Assembly: GCF_001194135.2 (NCBI RefSeq)
Contig: NC_068983.1
Location: 97,666,974-97,716,492, forward strand
DNA length: 49,519 bases
Source: Octopus bimaculoides
Taxonomy: Eukaryota
Direction: 5' to 3'
In this document: positions 1 through 11,329 of the stretch, one piece after another
Numbering within the stretch: the first letter of the stretch is position 1
Layout of the letters: every line of letters begins with the position of its first letter
Notes under the pieces: model-generated
The model's input: only the letters and a program-made list of their open reading frames with translations
Database searches by the model: none
What the model was told of the DNA's origin: nothing
Made by a program: the position numbers and the translations under genes

Positions 1-170
1 TATATATATATATATGTACATATGTATACATGTATATGTACAAATATATGTGTATGCACGTATATGTATATGTGTATTTGCAGCTATGCATTTGTCTTAG
101 GCTATATATCTTTTCCTTTCTTTTCTCATCTATTTAATGTACTTTCTCTCTCTCTCTCTCTCTCTCTTTA

Positions 171-207
<37 letters not shown>

Positions 208-487
208 CTATCTCCCCTCACGCTGAGCATGGGAATACTGGAAGTGGAAAAATATGTAACTGTGGTTGAACCCTGAGATATAATCGAAAGTAAAACATAA
301 GAGAGGATTGTAAACCTTAGGTTTTGTAACCGTAATACCTTACAAAATACTTTACTGAACCGAAGTTGGACGATACTACAGTCCTCAATATTGCTGTTGA
401 GCAGACTCAAGAGAACCTTTCCTCCGGAACATTGCAAGATAAAAAGTGATCCAAGTTTATGAAGTAGGTGGTTGCTTCTGTTCCTAC

Positions 488-745
488 CAGTGGTTCGCAA
501 TCCCGGGCCGTGTGGCCCTTTGGGGGTCAATATAAAATTTTGTTAAAAGTTGCGTGCAATAAATTGCTTATATTTCTACAATACACAATATGTTAAAACA
601 TTTTAATACAATTTCTGATAATATTTTATTATAAAAATACAGCAGGATTTTTTCTTTATATTGCATCGAATGGTTATGAAGGTCCAGTCGAGTAAATCAG
701 GAATCAAAGGGATCCATAGGTAAAAAAAATGGTTGAAAATCACTG
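488..745. mobile_element. hAT-superfamily MITE (258 bp)
   Basis: TIRs CAGTGGTTCGCAATC and rc CAGTGATTTTCAACC. 8-bp flanks GTTCCTAC (480-487) and GTTTCTAT (746-753) are a decayed 8-bp TSD typical of hAT. Confidence 0.75.
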
Positions 746-869
746 GTTTCTATCATCTTTCTGTTTTTGCTGTTGTTTTTTTGTCATCGCTCGTGCTGTT
801 AATGCTGCTGCTGCTGTTGCTGTTGTTGTTGTTGTTGTTACTGCTACTACTGCCGTTGTTGGTTGCTGT

Positions 870-940
870 GGTTGTTCAGACTTAGGCCAACTGTGATCGA
901 GCAGACCTATGATTAAAAAACATTCTAACCGTGGCTCACT
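870..940 (+). repeat. Fragment of unclassified interspersed repeat (family U)
   Basis: tgatcgagcagacctatgatt..cattctaaccgtggc is similar to 28871-28940, 35503-35545 and rc of 4640-4680. Confidence 0.4.
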
Positions 941-1326
941 CGTATTTATTTATTTATTTATTTATTTGTGAGGAGAGGCTGTTATCTCGGATTACATTAC
1001 CTAATGTATCTCTTTCCTCTTTTAAAGTCGGTGAACAGAGACTAGATATCAATTCGCAGAGAACAACCACCGTCTTCATATAAACAATGCAAAACGCTGC
1101 AGAAAATGACGATATGGCTCCATCAGGGTTAAACTTCTTGATAACTAGCGAATAACTGTATAGAGCGAATTGTTTACAGCATATCGAAGAGTAGGGTAGC
1201 AGAGATAACCGAACCAGGAAAGCGCCGGTCAGAAAGGCTTTACATTATCTCTCTCGTTAATTGTGTCTTAATTCAAAATCTACTCAACCTCTGGAAATGT
1301 TCGCAACGTTCATAACCTTTCATCTG

Positions 1327-1550
1327 TTATTTGTTTCAGCATAAGACTGCAGCCATGCTGGGGCACAACCTTGAAGAATTTTATCGAACGAACTCAGTAC
1401 TTTTTTTTTTTTCGTATTTAAGCCTACTACTTGTTCTATCGGTTCATTTTGCTGGACTGCTAAGTTATGCGGACGTAAACACTCCAAAACCGGTTGTCCA
1501 GCAGTGATGGAGAAAAAATACATACTTGCATACACAGACGAACAAACACG
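1327..1550 (-). mobile_element. Long tRNA-derived SINE (family L), 3' half
   Basis: Reverse complement matches the 3' half of the 5429 and 43004 copies (cccagcatggctgcagtc...tgaaacaa; ccgatagaacaagta). Confidence 0.75.
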
Positions 1551-1664
1551 CATATATATATATATATATGTATACACATACACACATGCATATATATATA
1601 TAGAGAGTGTGAGAGAAATAGGTGGATATGTATATATATATATATATATAGAGTTATTAATATT

Positions 1665-2000
1665 TCTAAGTCTCTCTAAAGGAGACTACGGCAGCGGTAC
1701 TGGAAATTAATAGTTATCGCCAAGCCAACATGGCAGTCCCAAAATTAGGACGAAAGCTGCCGTGAATTAGCTCCAAGAAGCCATCGCCTCTAGCTAGCTA
1801 TGTGACACACGAAACCTGTGTCCTTTATAACCTTCGAACAGGGGAGGTCAGCAGTGTCCCCCTGCTGGTTTGGCATCTGCAGACTAGACTAGTTTCAGGG
1901 TGTTGCCCCTTGTCAATGCAGAGTAGCCAAGCCTTAGCCAGGCGGCGCTGCTGACTATCTGCTCGAAGGTTATTTATCTAATTTCAGTGGAATCTATCCA

Positions 2001-2048
<48 letters not shown>
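1665..2048 (+). repeat. Copy 1 of a 384-bp segment duplicated across an N-gap; contains the structured element
   Basis: Identical to 2842-3225 by inspection. Confidence 0.9.
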
Positions 2049-2841
2049 NNNNNNNNNNNNNNNNNNNNNNNNNNNNNNNNNNNNNNNNNNNNNNNNNNNN
2101 NNNNNNNNNNNNNNNNNNNNNNNNNNNNNNNNNNNNNNNNNNNNNNNNNNNNNNNNNNNNNNNNNNNNNNNNNNNNNNNNNNNNNNNNNNNNNNNNNNNN
2201 NNNNNNNNNNNNNNNNNNNNNNNNNNNNNNNNNNNNNNNNNNNNNNNNNNNNNNNNNNNNNNNNNNNNNNNNNNNNNNNNNNNNNNNNNNNNNNNNNNNN
2301 NNNNNNNNNNNNNNNNNNNNNNNNNNNNNNNNNNNNNNNNNNNNNNNNNNNNNNNNNNNNNNNNNNNNNNNNNNNNNNNNNNNNNNNNNNNNNNNNNNNN
2401 NNNNNNNNNNNNNNNNNNNNNNNNNNNNNNNNNNNNNNNNNNNNNNNNNNNNNNNNNNNNNNNNNNNNNNNNNNNNNNNNNNNNNNNNNNNNNNNNNNNN
2501 NNNNNNNNNNNNNNNNNNNNNNNNNNNNNNNNNNNNNNNNNNNNNNNNNNNNNNNNNNNNNNNNNNNNNNNNNNNNNNNNNNNNNNNNNNNNNNNNNNNN
2601 NNNNNNNNNNNNNNNNNNNNNNNNNNNNNNNNNNNNNNNNNNNNNNNNNNNNNNNNNNNNNNNNNNNNNNNNNNNNNNNNNNNNNNNNNNNNNNNNNNNN
2701 NNNNNNNNNNNNNNNNNNNNNNNNNNNNNNNNNNNNNNNNNNNNNNNNNNNNNNNNNNNNNNNNNNNNNNNNNNNNNNNNNNNNNNNNNNNNNNNNNNNN
2801 NNNNNNNNNNNNNNNNNNNNNNNNNNNNNNNNNNNNNNNNN

Positions 2842-3177
2842 TCTAAGTCTCTCTAAAGGAGACTACGGCAGCGGTACTGGAAATTAATAGTTATCGCCAA
2901 GCCAACATGGCAGTCCCAAAATTAGGACGAAAGCTGCCGTGAATTAGCTCCAAGAAGCCATCGCCTCTAGCTAGCTATGTGACACACGAAACCTGTGTCC
3001 TTTATAACCTTCGAACAGGGGAGGTCAGCAGTGTCCCCCTGCTGGTTTGGCATCTGCAGACTAGACTAGTTTCAGGGTGTTGCCCCTTGTCAATGCAGAG
3101 TAGCCAAGCCTTAGCCAGGCGGCGCTGCTGACTATCTGCTCGAAGGTTATTTATCTAATTTCAGTGGAATCTATCCA

Positions 3178-3225
<48 letters not shown>
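2842..3225 (+). repeat. Copy 2 of the 384-bp duplicated segment
   Basis: Begins immediately after the gap; identical to 1665-2048. Confidence 0.9.
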
Positions 3226-3235
<10 letters not shown>

Positions 3236-4524
3236 ACATATACATATATTTATGTGTGTGTGTATGTCTGTGTGTCTGTGTATGGGGTGTATGTATATGC
3301 ATGTATCTATATTTACATATGTATGTATATGTGTATGTTTATGCGTATGCATTCTTTTCTCATATGTGTATTTTCGTATTTTCTTTTCAGATCGCTTAGT
3401 TTTGGTAAAAATAACACAAATAAGCAATCAAGAAGATAAATAGCACCATGAACGAAAGTTTTATGGTCAATGTCAGTAAGAGAGTGAAGCAGCAAAAAAA
3501 AAATAATGAAGTAACATCGAGTGGCAATATTATTTTCGCTATTTCTGCTGCTGATTCTAACAGTTTGGCGGACGAATCAATAAAAACATTGAAATATCGT
3601 TTCTCGCTGTTTTCCGGAAGTGGATTATTATTAATAACGTCAGTTTCCGGTGGAGCACGGATGTATTATATAAAAGTATTTGTGTAGTAATATCTTATGT
3701 TCATCTGCTACGAGGGCATGGAATGGTTATTACACTCCTCACCTCTTCTGGTTAATATCACTTTGTTTAGCATTGTTAATATTCAGAATGATTAAGTTCA
3801 TTTTCAACTTTTATTACGAGGTCATCTGAAGGAAAGACATAGAGGTTACTATTATTACAGATTAGGAAGATAGCTATTTATTTACAACTTGAAAACAAAA
3901 TAGCAAAGCACACAAATTAAGTGTGAGTGTTATGTCTGTTGACAGCGGCATACATTTAAATAAGTAGATGTTTTAAGACCTTGTTCATAGACTGCTGCCA
4001 AAATAAACACTAGTGTGACAGTTTGACATAGAATGAGATCTAATGTTTATAATATTCCGTCAACAAATTATTGATCTTTAGTTTAGTCTATGAAAAACGG
4101 TTTTCTGTGAATATAATGAGTTGCGTTGAGTGAGTATGCTCTCGAAGAACGAAGTGACCATAGGGTTTGAAAGCCATCGCAAACTGATTGGATCAATATA
4201 ACTGATGTTCAACACAGTCTTGTGTAAGCAAATGCCTGTTGGTGAAAATATGTTGTCAGATGAAGTGAGGAGAGAGGGTTAAAGCTTTGAGGGAAAATGA
4301 TATAAAGCAATGTTATAAATGGAAAGAAAAGTGAAGACATAACTTCAACTTGCTACGCAGCAGCAAAAGTATGCGGATCAAACATATCCCCCATTAGTAA
4401 ACGCTACAGTGAAGAAGTCTGAGCAAAGAAGTGAAGTTGCTAATAGATTATTAGTAGGATCAAAACAGTGCCTCCACTGGAAATCAAGTACACCATCACA
4501 TGTTTCCATAGATTAGGTGGGTGA

Positions 4525-4680
4525 AGCTCTACATGGTCGCTCAATCTGACAGAAGTAGCAAACAAAACCCGTCATAGCGCAGTACCACCTACTTACATAA
4601 AAAGAAAGGATACTTTAGATAATGCTATCCTGAGAAAAAGATGCAATAGTGATACCTGCAATGAGCTTGATCATAACATT
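4525..4680 (-). repeat. Unclassified interspersed repeat (family U)
   Basis: ctctacatggtcgctcaatctgacagaagtagc; rc resembles 35828-35870 and 35503-35545. Confidence 0.45.
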
Positions 4681-4749
4681 CCTCAGAGCCGTTAATGGTA
4701 AGCCACAGAGCTCTTCCGTGAACAGTAAAGTGGTGTGATCCATTGTCAA

Positions 4750-5001
4750 TACGAGGGGGGTACTGAAAAGTACCTGGCTTTAAGGATATCGTGAAAGGCC
4801 TGATTGAAGGTCCAGCCTGCGAAGTTCTTTTAACAGGGCTTAGAAAAACTGAAGAACTGCTGCAATAAGTGTGTGAATCTGAGAGGAGGGGAATATGTAG
4901 AATGAAATCATTACCAATTGGTCTTCTTGTATTTTCTTTTAAACAAGAAAATATAGAATATACAGGATATACGTCTGAGTCATATAGAGTAACCCCTCGT
5001 A
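4750..5001 (+). mobile_element. Mariner-derived MITE
   Basis: Left TIR TACGAGGGGGGTACTGAAAAGTACCTGG; right remnant AACCCCTCGTA. Interior retains transposase C-terminus-like coding (CNKCVNLR..EYVE*). Homologous to 45255-45474. Confidence 0.7.
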
Positions 5002-5270
5002 TGTCACTCGTTAGACGATGTAAGACTCCCGGTGGGCGGGCAAGAGTTTTATTTCAGCAATTGCAAGCTGGTGGTTGGGCATTGCAGCGTAATGCTTAAA
5101 GCAGTGTTTAGATAAGAACAAATAACAGTAATGTTGAATGCATTAAAAATTTTATTGTATTTGTGTGCTGATAGGATTTCATGCCTACAAGACATGAAAT
5201 ACTTGGCTCTATTTTTAGTGACGATAAGCGGTAATATTAGTCTTTATCCCATTCACGCATTTACCTATAG

Positions 5271-5327
<57 letters not shown>

Positions 5328-5428
5328 CAGGCACACATACACGCATATAGACGTACATTACGCCTAGATATGCCATGAACCATCAACGAATGTCATGTCA
5401 TGTTATTTATATCTGACCTGAGAGCACA

Positions 5429-5886
5429 GGTGCAGGCGTGATTATGTGGTAAAAAGCTTGCTTCCCGGCCACATGGTTCCGGTTTCCGTCCCACTGCGTG
5501 GAGCCTTGGGCAAATGTCTTCTTCTATAATCTCGGACCAACCAAAGCCTTGAGAGTGGATTTGGTAAACGGAAACTGAAAGTAGCCCGTTGTATACATAC
5601 ATACAAACGTACATATATGCATGTGTGTGTGTGTGGGTGTGTGTGCGTGTGTTTGTTTTTTTTGTGTCTGCGTTTGTTCCCCACCACCTCTTGACAACAA
5701 GTATTGTTGTGCTTATCTCACCGTAACTTTGCGGTTCGGCAAAAGATGGCAATAAAATAAGAACCAGGCTGAAAAGAAAAAGAAAATAAGTACTGAGGTC
5801 GATTCATTCGACTAAAATTTCCTCAAGCCAGTGCCCCAGCATGGCCACAGTCTAATGACTGAAGCAAGTAAAAGACAAAAGACATA
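5429..5886 (+). mobile_element. Long tRNA-derived SINE (family L), near full length
   Basis: tRNA-like head ggtgcaggcgtg..tgtggtaa..ggttccggtttccgtccc, then CCTTGGGCAA, an internal (TA/TG)n tract, and tail ..tgactgaagcaagtaaaaga. Confidence 0.85.
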
Positions 5887-6026
5887 GGACGCAAACACAC
5901 TAACAAACACACATAAGCACCTATAAGAATGTTCGTGAACCACAACTAATATGATTATACCATTGAAAACAATCTGGAAAAAACTTTGCCAAAGTACTTT
6001 CTTCTTTATATGAATTTAACTGAATC

Positions 6027-6837
6027 ATTTTACTTGTTTTCCTCGTTTGATTATGGCCATACTGGGGCATCACCATGAATGGTTCATTTGAACAAATCTA
6101 CGCCAGTACATACTTTGAAGTCTGGTACTTTTTCTATCGGGTCTCTTTTATCGGGCATCTAAGTTACGAAGGCGCAAACAAACCATCTCTGGTTTTCAAG
6201 CGATGGTGGGGTACAAACGACACACACACTCATACACACATGTACATACATATATACACATACACACACTTACATACACACATATNNNNNNNNNNNNNNN
6301 NNNNNNNNNNNNNNNNNNNNNNNNNNNNNNNNNNNNNNNNNNNNNNNNNNNNNNNNNNNNNNNNNNNNNNNNNNNNNNNNNNNNNNNNNNNNNNNNNNNN
6401 NNNNNNNNNNNNNNNNNNNNNNNNNNNNNNNNNNNNTACACACATGTACATACATATATACACATACACACACTTACATACACACATATATTTATACACA
6501 CACACACACAAGCGTGTGCATATATGTATATGTATGTATGTATGTATTACGCATTGTATGTATGCATGCATGTGTATGTATGTATGTACGCATGTATGTA
6601 TGTATGTATGCATTTATGTGTGTATCTATGTATGGCGGGCTTACAAAGAGTTTACTTCTACCAAATTCACTGACATAAAAAAGGAGTATGAACAATCGTA
6701 ACGTTCCTTGAGAATCCACATACTTCCTCCGTAACCTATAGTAGAAGACACTTTTCCAAGGAGCCACGCAGTAGGACTGAACCCGAAACCGTACAGTTGC
6801 ACGTTGAGCTTCTTAACCGCACAGCTATGCCTGCGCC
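6027..6837 (-). mobile_element. Long SINE (family L) with expanded internal microsatellite and ~60-bp insertion
   Basis: Tail at 6027-6220, head at 6735-6837 (rc ggcgcaggcatagctgtgcggttaag), microsatellite and gap between, extra sequence at ~6675-6735. Confidence 0.75.
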
Positions 6838-7809
6838 TTTTGGTGTAGATGATTGATGTTTTACAATATAAACCAACAACACAGATCACTGGCTTCTCAT
6901 TGCAGCTGTATGTTCTTTTTATAAATGTACAACTTGGCTGGATAGAAATTTACCATTTTCAAAGTAATTTGTTCTTTTTGTTTTTTTTTATTCTTCTATG
7001 TGGATTTGTTTGTCCTGGACTGTGTTCCTGTATGTCTGTCTGTTGCTCTTTCTTTCTTTCTTCCTTTCTTTTTCTTTTTTCTTTCTTTGTTTCTTTCATT
7101 CTCCCTCTCTCCCTCTCTCCCTCTCTCTGGAGCGTTGTGTATATCTGTGTGCGTTCTTGTATACATGCCTTTGAGCTTGTATTTGCGTTTGTGTGCTCTT
7201 TCGTGAGAGAAAGCTTGGACGGGTATATCAGTGTGTGTATGTGTCTATGCGGTCGATCTTTTTGCGCTCGCGAGTTTGTGTATGTGAGTATTTGGTGTTG
7301 AGTGAGTGACTAAGTGAGTATGTGTGCATGTTAGTTGGATATGATTGTTTGACCCTAGTAAAAAAAAGCTGTTACTCTATGACAAGATAAGTTCTCTTTC
7401 CTTCCCTTAGCAGTTCTACACAACAAATGGATGTCTACAATGATTCTTCANNNNNNNNNNNNNNNNNNNNNNNNNNNNNNNNNNNNNNNNNNNNNNNNNN
7501 NNNNNNNNNNNNNNNNNNNNNNNNNNNNNNNNNNNNNNNNNNNNNNNNNNNNNNNNNNNNNNNNNNNNNNNNNNNNNNNNNNNNNNNNNNNNNNNNNNNN
7601 NNNNNNNNNNNNNNNNNNNNNNNNNNNNNNNNNNNNNNNNNNNNNNNNNNNNNNNNNNNNNNNNNNNNNNNNNNNNNNNNNNNNNNNNNNNNNNNNNNNN
7701 NNNNNNNNNNNNNNNNNNNNNNNNNNNNNNNNNNNNNNNNNNNNNNNNNNNNNNNNNNNNNNNNNNNNNNNNNNNNNNNNNNNNNNNNNNNNNNNNNNNN
7801 NNNNNNNNN

Positions 7810-7866
<57 letters not shown>

Positions 7867-8431
7867 GTATATGTATATGTATACACACAAACTTATACAT
7901 ACGTACATACTCACGTTCATATATATTATGTTACATTACATCTACATATATACATACATAATTTGCACAAGGCAAATATTATTCTTTCCTCGCCTTTTCT
8001 TTCTTGAAATACAGATTAAAACCTCACTCGAGATAGCGGTTGTGTCTTATCAATAGAAAGCGGAGCAACGTAGACTTTTCGCATTGACGTAGCGATATTA
8101 ATACTTTTCACACACATCTTTCCACTGTGGGATATCATGTCAAGACAAGAGTGATATCCGTGTAACAGTAAGTATTATATGACATCACACGTCAGCAAAA
8201 AGGTAATCTAAGTCGAGTTCAAAGTGATATTATATACAAACATATGGCTGCAATCTTTCAAGCAGCGATGGATGTTTTTTTCATATGCCAAACCCATCAG
8301 TTACCACTTCTAGGCGAACACTTTAAACTACTTTTGTTATGTGTGTGTGTGTGTTTGTATATGTGTCTCTCGCTATCTATTTTCCCTCTCTTTCTGTGTA
8401 TATATATCTTGCCCCTTTACTTTCCCCTTCC

Positions 8432-8483
<52 letters not shown>

Positions 8484-8920
8484 TTAGACGTATTGCTGTT
8501 GTATTTCACTCAATGCCTACGTATTCGTGTATAAATTGTTTTGGTACGGATTTTTTTTTCTTTTTTGCTTCATTCACTCAACACTTTGAAATGTCTATGT
8601 ATGTATGTCTGTATGTATGTATGTATGTTTCTGTGTGCGTGTGTGTAGGAGAGGCGAGCATAACGCCTGCTGTTCCTCTCAGCAGAATGTAAATGTATCA
8701 ATATGAAATAGACTGAAGTAATTATATCACTATTATAAAGAATTTGCTGTCTTTAAAACTATGTTAATGCCTTGACGAGTTGAACCGTTCTTCATGTCAA
8801 ATAGCTATTCTGCACATTTTTCTATGTAATCTATCAAAATATACATGCGCATGCGCGCTCACACGTACTTTCCTATATTCTCTTTGAACCTTTTTCTCTC
8901 TATCTGTGTATGTGTATGTA

Positions 8921-8987
<67 letters not shown>

Positions 8988-9260
8988 GAGATTCAGTTGA
9001 ATTAGGTACTCAAGTTGAAGCACCAAGTCAGTCCGGTATTATCCGCACAGCTCGAAGGTGAATAAAATCAAAATAAGCAACACGATACCAAGTAGTGATG
9101 CAGTAGACCGTTTCAAGCGACTCCATTTAATTGAACAATGCAACTATTACATTAATTTAGACGTAGTGCCATCTTCAGCTGCACAAATAAATAAATAGAA
9201 TTTTAACAAGTAGGACACATTAATATAATTTTTTTCAAATATATTAACAGAGCAAAGACC

Positions 9261-9555
9261 CTTCTAGGGTTTTCTATGTGTAGATTATTACATATCTGTC
9301 TCGCCTTCACTCCGGGGAGTAAAGGTGTAGTTTTTTCAAACTCTTCCTGCAGCTCATCTGCTGCACTGTTTCAATCATTTTAGTGTAGTGACGTTGGACT
9401 GCTTCAAGCTCCGCTGTTAGATTGGCACCATGTCGTGACCATAGCTGAGAGAAGTAGTCCAGACGGCTGAGAACAAAGGTCCTTCACAGGGTCAATATAA
9501 CTTCTTGGTCTCTTGTCTTGCACGAACTTAGTATCCATCCTACCAGAAGCTTGCA
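9261..9555 (-). mobile_element. CR1-clade LINE fragment (RT C-terminal region)
   Basis: Minus translation RTFVLSRLDYFSQLWS..ELEAVQRHYTKMI..LKKLHLYSPE*RRDRY matches the CR1 PHLEYC..W..ERVQR..TKMI..LYSLERRR motif. Confidence 0.8.
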
Positions 9556-9565
9556 CTTTTCTGCC

Positions 9566-10054
<489 letters not shown>

Positions 10055-10069
10055 AATAAGGATGTGTGC

Positions 10070-10369
10070 TATTTGTTTCAGTATTTCAATCGTTTGGCTG
10101 CGGCCATGCTGGACCGCTGCCTTGAAAGGTTTTAATCGAACGAATCGACCCCTGAACTTAATTGTCTTTTAAACCTGTCACTTATTCTACCGCTCCTTTT
10201 CCCGAACTGCTAAGTTTCTCTGCGAAGAGGTAAAGAAAACCAATTCCGGTTGTCAAGCGGTGGTGCAGAACAAAAACAAACAAAAACGCATATTCATAAA
10301 TATATACATATTTACAACGAGCTTCTTTTAGTTTCCGTTTACCAAATCCATTGGCAAAGCTTTTGTCGA
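10070..10369 (-). mobile_element. Long SINE (family L), head-truncated
   Basis: ggctgcggccatgctgg..ggttgtcaagcggtggtg..gtttccgtttaccaaatcc. Confidence 0.75.
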
Positions 10370-11329
10370 TAAATTCTCGATAATCAGAAAATTTGAGTTT
10401 AGAAAAGTGTATAATGAAATCTTTTATTTATGTTAGAAATAAGGAAAGCGTGAACGTCATAGCACTCAGTACCATTTCCCCTAAACATAGGAAAATACCA
10501 TTTTCTATATAATATATATTTCAAACAAATATTTAATTTTATAATTTTATAATTTTATAATTAATTTGTCTTTTAAATACGAATTAATTCATGGTTTAAA
10601 CATAAGCAAATGTGATAATCAAAATATTTCGATTTTCCACTATTTCAAGGCTCAAAATGTATTTTTCTCTGCTTCTTTCCCTTTACTTAAGTATGTTTTT
10701 TCGATACAATTATATTGAATCCCAGATCTCCTTATAGACAAAATTCAGAATAGTTTAACGTAAAATGTCTACGCAGTTATAATCTACAGCTATTGTCATG
10801 AATCACTCGTAGTTATTTCATCTTAAAACATTTTAAACAAGGACATGGATGTATGAAGTCACTTGTCATCCCGAAATTTTTAATTACTCTCTCACTATGT
10901 TTGCCTCTACACATGTTACAGGTTTTACTCACATGTCATTTTGGTAAGTCTGGTTTAATTTATAGCTAATCAATTTGGCTTTCCTACTGGTCTTAATATC
11001 AATAATACCCAGGCCAACACCGTCTGTTCTGTCAGCATTAACCTTCTAAATACAAAATTACTATAAATCACCTGCTGAGAGGTCAGCCGGTCACACCATG
11101 TCACAGGCATCTCATTTAGTCTTTGTTACCTAGACCTATTATTCTCAGAGGGCTCCTTTACCGAGTTATAAGAAATAGTGGAACAAGTGACAGTTCTGTA
11201 ACTTTGAAGAGTGATTCTTTAACTGCCATACTAGTATCAATTACTGTAGTGGACTCGAAAGAAAAAAACAATGTTCGCAGAAGCTACGGAAGTGTGGTTG
11301 GAGTGTAGACTGCTACATGAGCAGAGAGA

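Noticed and set aside
1736-1763. Hammerhead ribozyme suggested by GTCC-N8-GGAC-GAAA
   Set aside because: No CUGANGA box upstream and no UH after the complementary strand.
1665-3225. Identical 384-bp repeats read as LTRs or a true tandem duplication
   Set aside because: They are 100% identical, include flanking microsatellite, and copy 2 starts exactly at the gap edge. The same pattern occurs at 6230/6437, 36712/36844 and 43814/44044, so an unmerged contig overlap is the simplest explanation. Long reads would settle it.
4020-4440. Very old LINE 3' end on the minus strand
   Set aside because: Only faint resemblance; no diagnostic motif could be read with confidence.
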